A DNA stretch of 31,732 nucleotides from Candidatus Hermodarchaeota archaeon (GTDB taxonomy: Archaea; Asgardarchaeota; Hermodarchaeia; Hermodarchaeales; Hermodarchaeaceae). The translations under genes were made by a program, and so were the position numbers. Of the stretch, positions 10,111 to 19,474 are shown piece by piece (positions within the stretch are counted from its first letter, which is position 1; every line of letters starts with the position of its first letter). The stretch is taken from positions 1-31,732 of the forward strand of contig JAEOSX010000007.1 in NCBI GenBank assembly GCA_016840135.1. Reading direction: 5' to 3'. The notes below the pieces were generated by a model. The model made no database searches, had not been told where the DNA came from, and was given only the letters and a program-made list of their open reading frames with translations.

Positions 10111-10130
10111 TGAAGAATTCTTCCTGTGAT

Positions 10131-11054
10131 TTAATCCTCTTTGGAGACAGGGTGACTTATTTCAATAACATCTAAATCGTTTGGCACCACGCTTTGTTGG
10201 AATATACCTCTAGCTTCCTGTTCATGTTGCAGGTTATTCTCGTATCGAGGACTGATATGAATCAGAGCTAGTTGTCTAGCTTTAGCAAGGACGGCAATTT
10301 CCGCTGCTTGCGCTGCTGTTGAATGGAGATTTTCGCTTGCCTTCTCCTTTAACTCGTTAGTGTAAGTTGCTTCGTGTATTAGCAGCGAAACACCTCGTGC
10401 AGCAGCTGCAAGTTCAGGGTTGAACTTGGTATCTCCAGAGTAGGCAATAGACGCGCCCTTACGGCTGGGCCCTAGAACTTCACTTGGATGAATGATTCGA
10501 GTTCCTGCCAATCGAATACTGCGGCCCTGTTGAAGCTTCTTCCAGAGAGGACCTCTCGGCACACCAATATGTATTGCTTTTTCTGGATTGAACTGACCTT
10601 GTACTTCAGCCATTCTTAGTACGAAGGAAAGAGCAGGGACACCATGGTGCGCTGGTAGCGTTTCAACAGAATATTGTGATTGCTCAGGAAGCTTTGCTTT
10701 GCCCCCTTCTTTAACCTTCAAAGAAAATTTTGGTTCTACGTGGGTCATCTCTAGTGTGTTGGTAATAAAAGATTTGATTCCTTGGGGACCAATAATCGAT
10801 AATGGTTTCGTTCTGTGCAGCAATGACATAGTTGAAATCAATCCTGGCAAGCCAAGACAATGGTCTCCATGTAAATGCGAGATATAAATCTCAGTTATTC
10901 GTTGAAGGCTAAGATGAGCATGTTGAAGTTGAAGCTGCACCCCTTCTCCAGCATCAAATAACAGTATTTCCCGTTTCAGGCAAATGGCAACGGCGGGAAG
11001 AGCTCTTCGAATGGAGGGCATTCCGCAGCCGACTCCTAGAAACACGATTTTCAT
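10131..11054 (-). CDS. rnz: Ribonuclease Z (tRNA 3' endonuclease)
   Basis: Metallo-beta-lactamase motif SHLHGDHCLGLPGL, N-terminus MKIVFLGVG, length of about 307 aa. Confidence 0.85.
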   Translation of the reverse strand: MKIVFLGVGCGMPSIRRALPAVAICLKREILLFDAGEGVQLQLQHAHLSLQRITEIYISHLHGDHCLGLPGLISTMSLLHRTKPLSIIGPQGIKSFITNTLEMTHVEPKFSLKVKEGGKAKLPEQSQYSVETLPAHHGVPALSFVLRMAEVQGQFNPEKAIHIGVPRGPLWKKLQQGRSIRLAGTRIIHPSEVLGPSRKGASIAYSGDTKFNPELAAAARGVSLLIHEATYTNELKEKASENLHSTAAQAAEIAVLAKARQLALIHISPRYENNLQHEQEARGIFQQSVVPNDLDVIEISHPVSKED

Positions 11055-11067
11055 ATACAGTCCCGCT

Positions 11068-12126
11068 TTATTTTCTTTTCAATACGACGATGTGGCGAGT
11101 TAGACTGCGATGAACATAAACGCTATGTTCCTCTATAATTGCGTATTCTTTTGAGTCAATAATACTTTCCTTAAAGTACTTGAGTGGTATTGCAAAGCAG
11201 ATACACCTACCTGGATTGATTACATCTGCGACTCGTATTAGGCTCGCTTTTAGCAGCGCTGCTATACCTGCTTTCCTGGTTGAACTACTTCTTCCATAAG
11301 GAGGGTCTGTAGCTATTGCATCAATTGATCGAGAACGAAAAGGAAGAACCCTTGCATCAGCGTGCATTCCCAAGAAGTGTGTTTCGAAGTGGTTAAGATT
11401 GCGCCGGCAACCCAAAAGAATTCTACGGTCATTGTCGATTCCAATGGGAATAGACCCAATTGATGATGCTTCAAGGAGGAGACCTCCAGTACCACAAAAA
11501 GGATCAAGGAACAAGTCGCTGGACGCGCTACGACTTAGATTGACCATTGCCCTTGCAATCTTTGGATGAATCGTATCGGGATTGAAGAAAGGTCGACGAG
11601 GACTCCGGCGCTGATTGAACTCTCTACGATTCCGTGCCGTTAGATAGACACCGAAATAAAACCGTGTTGATGTAATCAATCCAAGAAATACTATGTCAGG
11701 AACCTCGAGGTCAACGTGTACCTTTCCATCCATCGCAGACCATATACGCGAGCCTATTTTCCTTTGAAGTTCTCCCACATTTAGCTGTTTGTTCTCCCGT
11801 TGAATGCGAGTTACCTTCACGGAAAAACCTGCGCTTTTATTCAGCCAGTGATGATAGTCAACATTATTCACGGCGTGGAGAATAGCTGGTTCTGTCATTG
11901 AACAATGAAAAATCAGTTGCATCGAGTAATTAACGAAACCTGAGCGACGCGTAGCTATTAACGCGCCCTGAGGATTTACTTCAACTAGGATAACACGCCT
12001 TTGTTGGTCCAAAATTTTATAGGAATATCCTTCTGCTTCTAAAGAAGCTCGAAGTTCAGCTACAGGCAATGTTGGGTGTTCTCCAGACAAAGTAAATGCA
12101 ATACAACAGGAATGAACATAACCCAA
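11068..12126 (-). CDS. trm11: THUMP-domain tRNA (guanine10-N2)-methyltransferase, Trm11/TrmG10 type
   Basis: N-terminal THUMP-like half. C-terminal SAM methyltransferase with DPFCGTGGLLLEA and the N-methyltransferase motif TDPPYGR. Confidence 0.75.
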   Translation of the reverse strand: MGYVHSCCIAFTLSGEHPTLPVAELRASLEAEGYSYKILDQQRRVILVEVNPQGALIATRRSGFVNYSMQLIFHCSMTEPAILHAVNNVDYHHWLNKSAGFSVKVTRIQRENKQLNVGELQRKIGSRIWSAMDGKVHVDLEVPDIVFLGLITSTRFYFGVYLTARNRREFNQRRSPRRPFFNPDTIHPKIARAMVNLSRSASSDLFLDPFCGTGGLLLEASSIGSIPIGIDNDRRILLGCRRNLNHFETHFLGMHADARVLPFRSRSIDAIATDPPYGRSSSTRKAGIAALLKASLIRVADVINPGRCICFAIPLKYFKESIIDSKEYAIIEEHSVYVHRSLTRHIVVLKRK

Positions 12127-12229
12127 TTTTCGTTCCCAACACTGTAACTACTCGACAACCCTTCAGGGTTTGGCATGCTGCGATGAATAAATAAGTGGAT
12201 TGGTTAAGAAAGTTGTGAGGCGGCGGAAT

Positions 12230-13321
12230 ATGAAGATTGTCGCAAGGAAATTAGAAAAAGGAATTATTGTTGTTGTGCCCGAGTCCATGGATGACTTATG
12301 GCACCTATACAACATAATCCTGCCTGGGGATCAGATAGCGGCACGTACTGTTCGTCGCGTTCGTCGTGACACGGAAGGGTCTCGACCAGATAAGGGTGAA
12401 CGGAGAAAAATGTTCATTCGCCTAGGTGTAGAGGAAGTATCGCTTCACAAGTATTCGAATAGGCTACGCGTCAAAGGGCGGATTCTATCGGGACCTGGGG
12501 ATTTTGTTTCCCTTGGAACGTACCACACAATCAATGTTGAACCAGGACTAAAAATCGAAATTCTGAAAGAGCATTGGCCTCGCTCACTATTGAATAGGTT
12601 GAAGGAGGCTGCTAAACAGAAAGGGCAACGAGTGATAGTTATTGCTATTGAGGAGGGGTGTGCTACTATCGGAATAGTTGACGATTCTGGTGTCGACATT
12701 CATCTCACGTTACAAGGAAACGCGATGGGCAAATATGGGAAGTATCAGAACTCTCCTGAAATGCTGGGTCAATTGTTTGGAGCTATTGTGTTGCATTTGA
12801 GAGAGTTGTTGAATCAATTTCCAGATGTGATAAAAATAATTGTAGTAGGTCCTGGCTTTACAAAAGATAAGTTTGGTGATTTCCTCCAGCAAAGAATACC
12901 TGAAATTAAAAATAAGATTCTGCTTGACCACGTAAGTAACGGAACAACAGCTGGTGTATATGAAGCACTACAAAGAGGTATCGTTGAACGCGTCGCTAGT
13001 GAGATTCGCCTCTCTCGGGAAATCAAGCTAATTGATGAATTATTACGACATCTGGGAAAAGGATCTGGCAAAGCTGCTTATGGCTGGGATGAAATCATAC
13101 GTGCAATACAATTTGGAGCAGTAGAAACTTTACTCATTTTAGATAAAACACTGCGAGAGGCACCACCAGAGAAGCGTAAAACACTAGAGGATTTGATGCG
13201 CGAAGTGGAAAAACAAGCAGGTTCCATTGAGATTTTCAGTACTGAACATCAGGCGGGGAGGCAGTTAGCTGGATTTGGTGGAATAGCAGGCATTCTCAGA
13301 TTTCCCCTTCCTACTAGTTAA
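12230..13321 (+). CDS. pelA: Pelota (Dom34) mRNA surveillance / ribosome rescue factor
   Basis: MKIV..K...G.I.VVPE..DDLWHLYNII.PGD N-terminus and eRF1-like central and C-terminal domains. I prefer ATG at 12230 over the listed TTG at 12200. Confidence 0.88.
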   Translation: MKIVARKLEKGIIVVVPESMDDLWHLYNIILPGDQIAARTVRRVRRDTEGSRPDKGERRKMFIRLGVEEVSLHKYSNRLRVKGRILSGPGDFVSLGTYHTINVEPGLKIEILKEHWPRSLLNRLKEAAKQKGQRVIVIAIEEGCATIGIVDDSGVDIHLTLQGNAMGKYGKYQNSPEMLGQLFGAIVLHLRELLNQFPDVIKIIVVGPGFTKDKFGDFLQQRIPEIKNKILLDHVSNGTTAGVYEALQRGIVERVASEIRLSREIKLIDELLRHLGKGSGKAAYGWDEIIRAIQFGAVETLLILDKTLREAPPEKRKTLEDLMREVEKQAGSIEIFSTEHQAGRQLAGFGGIAGILRFPLPTS

Positions 13322-14409
13322 AGGGGAGTAAAAGTAACTAGGAGCCGATTATCTGTTGGATGCTCTTCAGCTATTCCAACACGAAACCCCCGTAGCTTGA
13401 GATGTTTCGCAACACGCTTAACCAATAAAATGGATGTCTCAATTTGGCTCCGCTCGAAGTTAAGCCAAATCTGATTTTTTGGCAATTCATATTCACTGCA
13501 AAGGAACTCAAATGCATCCTTTAGAGTCATTGTAGGAGGCGGGATAATTATTCCCTTTACCAGCAATCCTTCATCGGTGATATATTCAAAAGGTTTCGCA
13601 ATATGTGTAGCTCTTCGGCGAAACCTGTTTCGAAGTTGAGTTCCATCCTTAAGTGTGAGTGGACAAAAGTGAACATTAAGCGATGTGTTTTCCTCTGCCC
13701 ACTCCACTAGAGCTATCGCCGTTTCTTCACTACCATTCACTGCTGCTACAGAATCTGGTCTGAGTTGAAATCCGTGCCGCCTTAGTTCACCAGCGTTTAA
13801 CGGTGAGAACTCTAACTCATTGATGTTTACAAAATCTAGGTTTAATATATCAAGTTCGTGTAACAATCGCTTCATTTGCTCTAGCTGGTCTGGAATTGCG
13901 GGGATTTCAAAACCGATTTTGACCTTTCGTTTCATCACTCGTACTATATTTTTTAAATCAACGCCTGCTGTAAATCGATGGAGACGTAGCTCGTCTAGAC
14001 CTGCTTCAATCAGTTGATTAATCACATTTATCGAAATTGGTACAATAGCAGTGTAAAGGTGGATATGGAACTGCTGGCCGAACCTGTTTTTGAAGGCTTG
14101 TATGTAGTTCAAGGTTCGCTGCAACTTCAACAAAGGTTCACCTCCAGTTATACCCATCCCCTCTGCATCAATCATCTGTGCTTCTGCTATAGCCTGTTCC
14201 ACAGATTCTACTTCCACTTCATTGGCAAAGATAACATCCCTTTCGCGCCGCTCTCCTGACAACGGGCAATAAAAACAACCTCTAGTGCAGAGACCAGTTA
14301 TGAGAAGAACCAGTTTGCTACCGCGCATACATTGCCGGCATCCTTCTGGTAAACGACCCACATATATTGAGCCCCCCCGTGAAACATGTATCTCTCGAAC
14401 CAAGAACAT
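13318..14409 (-). CDS. Radical SAM protein (COG2108-like, function unknown)
   Basis: CTRGCFYCP is a CxxxCxxC cluster motif, followed by GITGGEP. I prefer ATG at 14409 (MFLVREI...), which sits 1 nt after the stop of the upstream gene. Confidence 0.7.
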   Translation of the reverse strand: MFLVREIHVSRGGSIYVGRLPEGCRQCMRGSKLVLLITGLCTRGCFYCPLSGERRERDVIFANEVEVESVEQAIAEAQMIDAEGMGITGGEPLLKLQRTLNYIQAFKNRFGQQFHIHLYTAIVPISINVINQLIEAGLDELRLHRFTAGVDLKNIVRVMKRKVKIGFEIPAIPDQLEQMKRLLHELDILNLDFVNINELEFSPLNAGELRRHGFQLRPDSVAAVNGSEETAIALVEWAEENTSLNVHFCPLTLKDGTQLRNRFRRRATHIAKPFEYITDEGLLVKGIIIPPPTMTLKDAFEFLCSEYELPKNQIWLNFERSQIETSILLVKRVAKHLKLRGFRVGIAEEHPTDNRLLVTFTPL

Positions 14410-14410
14410 A

Positions 14411-15124
14411 TCACCCTTTTTGTATTCGACGGCGAACAACAGGATCACGGTCACTGATATACTTCAACAAAGATTCAAAGGTGTCATCTGGCGCAAGCTT
14501 GCGTTTTAGGTAAACTCCAGTGCGGCCAGTTTCGTCTCGGCGTATTAATATCTTCGACCGCTCCTCGACGATTTTTAGACTCACACCAACTTTCCTCGCA
14601 GTTATTATTTCATTCCCAATCACAGGTGTTTCTATATGCCCTTCCTTTGTGGGCTCGATAAGAACGAGGCGTTTGTCGACACCAGCCACCCGTTTATCTT
14701 CTAAGAGGGCTTTTTGTGTCAGGCTTCCGCCAAACTGATAAAACTCAAGCTCGATTGGAGCTGGGGTCGTGAGTGGAAGAGTAACTACCGAATCACCTTC
14801 AAGATAGATATGTGCCTTTATTGCGTGAAAGGGCGTGGCATGTACAAGTTCACGGTTAATGATGGAAAACCCCCCATGTTCAAGCGCTAGCTCTACAATA
14901 AATGAAGAAACTACTTGTGATATGTAGACATCGATGTCACTCTGAGCTGAGACATCTCCTCGACAAACACTGCCGTGAATGATAGGGCTCAATCCTTTCT
15001 CTTCTAGAACTGACATAACTTCAGCTGCTCTCTTTCGCAGAATTGAGAGGTGTCTCCATTGTGCATCAGTGTAGAATTTCACTTTGCTACCAGTGTCTCG
15101 CCGAGTTGGTTTTTCTCGCGGCAT
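14411..15124 (-). CDS. Pol-beta-superfamily nucleotidyltransferase (archaeal, uncharacterised)
   Basis: IIHGSVCRGDVSAQSDIDVYI matches the GS...D.D nucleotidyltransferase signature. Confidence 0.65.
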   Translation of the reverse strand: MPREKPTRRDTGSKVKFYTDAQWRHLSILRKRAAEVMSVLEEKGLSPIIHGSVCRGDVSAQSDIDVYISQVVSSFIVELALEHGGFSIINRELVHATPFHAIKAHIYLEGDSVVTLPLTTPAPIELEFYQFGGSLTQKALLEDKRVAGVDKRLVLIEPTKEGHIETPVIGNEIITARKVGVSLKIVEERSKILIRRDETGRTGVYLKRKLAPDDTFESLLKYISDRDPVVRRRIQKG

Positions 15125-15131
15125 TAGAACC

Positions 15132-15485
15132 TCATTTCCTGCTTCTAGCTACACTTTCAGTTATCCAATCAAGATATCCAGCATAACCTTCTGAAATGTC
15201 TATGCTGATTATTTCAGGCACATCATAACTATGGGTCGCTAACACCGCATCTTTTACTGCGTTAAAACGTTCGCGTGTTGTCTTGATGATTAATAGATAC
15301 TCATTGTCCTCTGTAACTTTATTTTCCCACCGATATAGTGACTGCTGTGTTTGGATACCTACACAAGCTGCCAAATGCTGTTCCACTAATTGACGTGCGA
15401 TTGCCTTTGCTTCTGGCTGATTTCCAACTGTGACAAAGACAAGGATATATTTCTTTGACAAGTCCAAAACTCCTCTTTCAAGCAT
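15132..15485 (-). CDS. cutA: CutA1 divalent-cation tolerance protein
   Basis: About 117 aa with ..AACV......S.Y.W......E..L.IKT......L.......HSYD.PEI. Confidence 0.8.
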   Translation of the reverse strand: MLERGVLDLSKKYILVFVTVGNQPEAKAIARQLVEQHLAACVGIQTQQSLYRWENKVTEDNEYLLIIKTTRERFNAVKDAVLATHSYDVPEIISIDISEGYAGYLDWITESVARSRK

Positions 15486-15573
15486 TTCCTGCTCTTCTTT
15501 AACACTTTCTTAAAACAGCAGGACATTTATATTGAATCATTATTTCGTTGTAGAATTCGTGGTGTCTCTATAG

Positions 15574-16788
15574 ATGCTTCAACTAGAATCTCTGTTACCC
15601 TTTCTTCTTCCCCTTCTTCCTTGGCTAATCATACTCCTAGCTTGGATGATTCTCTTCATTCTTGATGCTGCACTAAACCTAGAGAAACGTGGTGTTGATG
15701 TTGGTCCATTTATGGTGATGGCGCGCACTCAACGATTCAATAATCTTCTCAATCGAATCGGTCGATGGCACCCTCGAGCCTGGAGATATCTCTGGTCTGG
15801 TTTCGTAGCTGTATGTTTTGCCTTTTCCATAATTGGTTTCTACTTTCTAATACTCAATCTGATATCGTTCTTCGTTGAATTTGGCTTTCTCCCTCAAGCT
15901 GTATCACCTGGTCCAGCTGGACCAATTGTACCGTTAGTGCCAGGAATCACAATGTCCTTCTTCTTCTTTCTAACACTTCTTATTCCGCTAATCGTTTCTA
16001 TAATAGCTCATGAAATGGGGCATGGCATTGCTGCTCGTGCTGATGATATTCCGGTTAAAAGTTCAGGGTTATTCGCCCTCTTCTTTCTATTTGGTGCCTT
16101 CGTAGAACCCGACGAAGAATACGTCAAGGTGAGGACAACACGACGTGAAAGAGTCCGATTCTTCGCAGCAGGTTCAGCGGCAAACCTCTGCGTTGCTCTA
16201 CTTGTAACAATTCTCATGTTCGTTCTAGTTGTTCGAGTCCCTCAAGGCGTCCTCATCACTGAAATTTCTCCTGGGAGCTCCGCAGAAGGCGTTCTTTCTC
16301 CTTGGACAGTGATAACAGGTATGAATGAGACATCCATTGCGACAGCCGATGATCTCGGCGCCTTCCTAGATAACACGAGTCCTGGCGACTTGATTGTATT
16401 CACAATAAATGGTGAGTCGGTTAACTTGGTAGTAGGGGCTCACCCAGAAAACGTTTCACGCGCATATGTCGGGATTTACTTGACGACATATGTTCCTCTT
16501 ATTCCTCCATTGAATTTGTTGGGACCTTCCTTTGGTATCGAGTTTCAGCGAAGCCTCCTCTGGTTTTATATAATCAGCTTGAGCCTTGGAATAATGAATC
16601 TCCTACCTATTCCACCATTGGACGGTGATAGGCTCTTCAAGGAACTCATTGACGCAACTGTATCACTAGAGCGCCGAAGTGGACGAATACTACTGAACAG
16701 TCTCCGTATCTTCGCACTTGCACTCCTTGTCCTCAATATCGTATTTACATTCTTACGCCCTGACCTACTGTTCCTCTTCTTCGGATAG
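15574..16788 (+). CDS. Site-2 protease family (M50) membrane metalloprotease with PDZ-like insert
   Basis: HEMGH zinc motif inside a polytopic hydrophobic protein, and the downstream NLLPIPPLDGDR motif typical of M50. Confidence 0.8.
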   Translation: MLQLESLLPFLLPLLPWLIILLAWMILFILDAALNLEKRGVDVGPFMVMARTQRFNNLLNRIGRWHPRAWRYLWSGFVAVCFAFSIIGFYFLILNLISFFVEFGFLPQAVSPGPAGPIVPLVPGITMSFFFFLTLLIPLIVSIIAHEMGHGIAARADDIPVKSSGLFALFFLFGAFVEPDEEYVKVRTTRRERVRFFAAGSAANLCVALLVTILMFVLVVRVPQGVLITEISPGSSAEGVLSPWTVITGMNETSIATADDLGAFLDNTSPGDLIVFTINGESVNLVVGAHPENVSRAYVGIYLTTYVPLIPPLNLLGPSFGIEFQRSLLWFYIISLSLGIMNLLPIPPLDGDRLFKELIDATVSLERRSGRILLNSLRIFALALLVLNIVFTFLRPDLLFLFFG

Positions 16789-16830
16789 GTTACAATCGAA
16801 AATGAGCGGGTAAACAGAAAAATGTAGTAG

Positions 16831-17174
16831 ACAGTGAACCCCGACGTTCGACATCCTTCACCGCTGTCGTGCTCACAGCCAGGTCTCTGACCCGGAATCT
16901 CGGAAGCACCAACAGTGCGGGCTTACGCTGCTCCCTCCCGGGCCTCGCTGGGTTCACCCGCCAGAGACGATTCAGCCCTTCCTACGAAAAGCCTATCATC
17001 ACCAGCGATCCTCCGAGGCGGATCTTCACTGCCACGAACCGCGAGTCGTACACCGGGTTGGGAAGCCTAGCGTCGGTATTCAGCCCACCGTATAGAGCAT
17101 TTGCGGTAGAGGGGAGCCTTGGCCAGCCCGTAGCCGCGCTGCGGGGCTTCTAGCCCCCCGCCTAGGCTCACTGT
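16831..17174 (-). ncRNA. ffs: Signal recognition particle RNA (archaeal 7S RNA)
   Basis: Reverse complement starts ACAGUGAGCCUAGGCGGGGGGCU and ends GGUUCACUGU, so the termini pair. It contains the helix-8 core GGGUGAACCCAGCGAGGCCCGGGAGGGAGCAGCG. G+C-rich with no credible ORF. Ends are approximate. Confidence 0.85.
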
Positions 17175-17288
17175 CCAAATGCCTCACACTATTCCACCAT
17201 ATTTAACCATTTCTGGAACTATATTCATCTATTGGGAGGGAATACAAAGAGTGACAGGAAAGATGATTAGAAGACTAAAAAGCGTGGG

Positions 17289-17374
17289 TGGCGCCGGGGG
17301 CGGGATTCGAACCCGCGAGACCAATGGTCACAGACTTAGCAGGCCTGCTCCCTACCGGGCTAGGATACCCCGGC
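17289..17374 (-). tRNA. tRNA-Ser(GCU), intron-less, CCA encoded
   Basis: GCCGGGG-TA-...-CAGGC-CTGCTAA-GTCTG-long variable arm TGACCATTGGTCTC-GCGGG-TTCGAAT-CCCGC-CCCCGGC-G-CCA. Confidence 0.9.
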
Positions 17375-17450
17375 ACTGTAAATTTCGAGTTGTTGCTAAC
17401 TGGTGGGGTCTTTTATAAGTTTATGTAGCTCGCCCTGAAAAGATGAATAG

Positions 17451-17578
17451 TGGTGGGCCGAGGGAGATTCGAACTCCCGACCACCGCGGTTTGCTCCCTA
17501 TTGGGTTAGGTGTAAGCGCGGTGTCATAACCATCTAGTCCAATGGGGTGTCCCGATTGGATAGCTAGACCATCGGCCC
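17451..17578 (-). tRNA. tRNA-Val(UAC) with two introns (D-loop 30 nt; 37/38 21 nt), CCA encoded
   Basis: GGGCCGA-TG-GTCTAG[30 nt, 17534-17563]ATGGTTATGAC-A-CCGCG-CTTACA[21 nt, 17490-17510]C-CGCGG-TGGTC-GGGAG-TTCGAAT-CTCCC-TCGGCCC-A-CCA. Confidence 0.85.
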
Positions 17579-17612
17579 AACTTGTGGTTTCGGTTCCTTG
17601 CTTCTGGGTGTC

Positions 17613-18122
17613 TTAACCCGATTCAATATCAGCTTTTAGAAGCTCGATTTGTTCTCGGAGGATTCTGATAATTTCTGTGTTGTCGTCGTGGTCGAGGTGT
17701 CCGGCGCAGATTGGGCATTTAAAGGTGTTGCTCATCGCTTCTTCAAAGGTATGGCGCTGACAACCATTATTTTGACAATAATAAAAGGTATTCTCAGATT
17801 CGTATACCAGCCTCTGCTGCAGTCTTTCCAATACCTTCAGCTTCCTCTCACGAAGCAGCCCATGAATCCGTGTAGGTTCTAAAATCCAGTAATAGACAAA
17901 CCATCCGGTGTTTTTATCTCGTGTGCGACGGTATGACGCGAGGTGAAGATCGTAGAGTTTGTAAAGGATTTTTCGGACCGAATTCAAACGCATGCCCGTT
18001 TCAGTGGCAATAACTTCGTCGGTGGTTTCTTCCCCTTCTTTCAGGTGTACCAGTACTTCTATCGCATCTTCGCCTGCGAATTCTATCACAACGGTCTTGA
18101 TTAGTTCCTCACGTGCCGACAT
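17613..18122 (-). CDS. tfe: Transcription factor E (TFE alpha)
   Basis: N-terminal winged helix (..LN.VRK.LY.L.....ASY.R..DK.TGW..YYW) plus a zinc ribbon (C..NGC....CPIC). Confidence 0.85.
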   Translation of the reverse strand: MSAREELIKTVVIEFAGEDAIEVLVHLKEGEETTDEVIATETGMRLNSVRKILYKLYDLHLASYRRTRDKNTGWFVYYWILEPTRIHGLLRERKLKVLERLQQRLVYESENTFYYCQNNGCQRHTFEEAMSNTFKCPICAGHLDHDDNTEIIRILREQIELLKADIESG

Positions 18123-18163
18123 ATTTACTACCTTATTTTGTGCTTCATTGAATATAGGGTTTT

Positions 18164-18739
18164 TTATTGCACAGTCTTGTCCTCTTTCGGAGGAGTGCGT
18201 TCCTGTAAACGTTTCCCATGAGCAGTTGGCTCGACGACTAGTTCCGCATCATCTGGGACAATATGAAGAGAATTGCCTTGGTATAGACGGTCAAGGAAAA
18301 TTGCTAGCGCTGCAACTTCACTATGTGGCTGATGTCCGATTGCCACATTATAATCCGCGAGGGTGTATAATTCTCCAGGTACTTTTGGTCCCCCTACTAC
18401 CACAAGTTTGTCAAGTGATGAGGCTCTAATTCTCGGAATCACATCATCAATGTGGAGTCCATACATTGTCAAATGAATCACTTCACCATCTTTATTTTTC
18501 CATGTTCGAATACATTCACGCCACGATTTTTTCTGTTGAATGCTAAACGCTCTGTGTCCCCATTGGCAGCAAACCTGCAGAAGTGATTTGATGATATTCG
18601 GGTCACGAAGTCCAGTAATCCAGAAGCCTTGCGCGCCGAAGGCTCTGGCTGTTAACCCTAAATGAGTCGTTAGACGTTTATCCCGCTCGGGTCTATGATT
18701 AATTCTGAGTACGATTGTACGCCATTCAGGTAAATTCAT
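18164..18739 (-). CDS. trm56: tRNA (cytidine56-2'-O)-methyltransferase Trm56 (SPOUT)
   Basis: LRINHRPERDKRLTTHLGLTARAFGA and VVGG.KVP......ADYNV.IG.QPHSEVAALAIFLDRL match aTrm56. Confidence 0.85.
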   Translation of the reverse strand: MNLPEWRTIVLRINHRPERDKRLTTHLGLTARAFGAQGFWITGLRDPNIIKSLLQVCCQWGHRAFSIQQKKSWRECIRTWKNKDGEVIHLTMYGLHIDDVIPRIRASSLDKLVVVGGPKVPGELYTLADYNVAIGHQPHSEVAALAIFLDRLYQGNSLHIVPDDAELVVEPTAHGKRLQERTPPKEDKTVQ

Positions 18740-18795
18740 TACAAGTCCGCTCGTATCTCAGTAGTAGGAAGAATATATCCTGAAATTCTAAAAGT

Positions 18796-19332
18796 TCAGG
18801 GTTTTTGCTTCTTTCGCCTTATTTCAGCAACATCCCCGAGTGTTGTCTTGGAAGAATCCGAGCCCGTTGACAAGTCAAGAGGTTCAGCGACTTCAAGAAG
18901 AGTCAGTTTGAAAAGCCGTTCCAGCTTACGGGCTAGTTTGATAGTGCATACTGACATTTTTCCACTTTCAAGCTTACCAATCACTGAAGAACGTTCATTA
19001 ATTCGTTGGGCAACGTCCTGTTGGGACATTCCGCGCTCCACACGTGCGGCTCTAATTAATCGGGAAAAACCCTCGACAGGAACTAATTCACGTTTAGGAT
19101 GCCTCGACGGAGTATATCTGTGAGGAGATAGAGGAGGTCTACTTCGTCTTTGTGTGGAAGAAGTTTTGACTGAAGGAGGTGAGGCAGAATCAGGAGATTT
19201 CACTTTTCTAACTGGTTGACCTAAAGAGGCGCATCGACTGCACACCTGAAGCCTAGCACCTTCAAGTAAAACTTCTTGAGTTGAATGGGTTTCCCGTCCA
19301 CAAACTTCGCAATTCAAAATCGCTATCTCCAA
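18796..19332 (-). CDS. mbf1: Archaeal MBF1 (zinc ribbon + XRE-type HTH)
   Basis: CEVCG...CSRC ribbon, then HTH IRAARVERGMSQQDVAQRINERSSVIGKLESGK. TTG start. Confidence 0.8.
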   Translation of the reverse strand: MEIAILNCEVCGRETHSTQEVLLEGARLQVCSRCASLGQPVRKVKSPDSASPPSVKTSSTQRRSRPPLSPHRYTPSRHPKRELVPVEGFSRLIRAARVERGMSQQDVAQRINERSSVIGKLESGKMSVCTIKLARKLERLFKLTLLEVAEPLDLSTGSDSSKTTLGDVAEIRRKKQKP

Positions 19333-19460
19333 TAATTCATATTTACTCGTTGTTTTATTTTCTCTTTGCCTATTGTCTGTTTAAAGAATTTGTGGAGTAA
19401 CTTTCGGATATTGAATAGGTAATACCACGGCAACACAAAAACTTTTAGCGTTCTATGGTT

Positions 19461-19467
19461 AGGAGGG
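19461..19467 (+). promoter_or_regulatory. Shine-Dalgarno-like AGGAGGG upstream of pan
   Basis: AGGAGGG ends 7 nt before the ATG at 19475. Confidence 0.35.
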
Positions 19468-19474
19468 ACTTGCA

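Noticed and set aside
16869-17418. ORFs 16869-17153(+) and 17179-17418(+) from the six-frame track
   Set aside because: They lie on the strand opposite the SRP RNA and tRNA-Ser. They are R/S/P/G-rich translations of G+C-rich structural RNA and have no start context.
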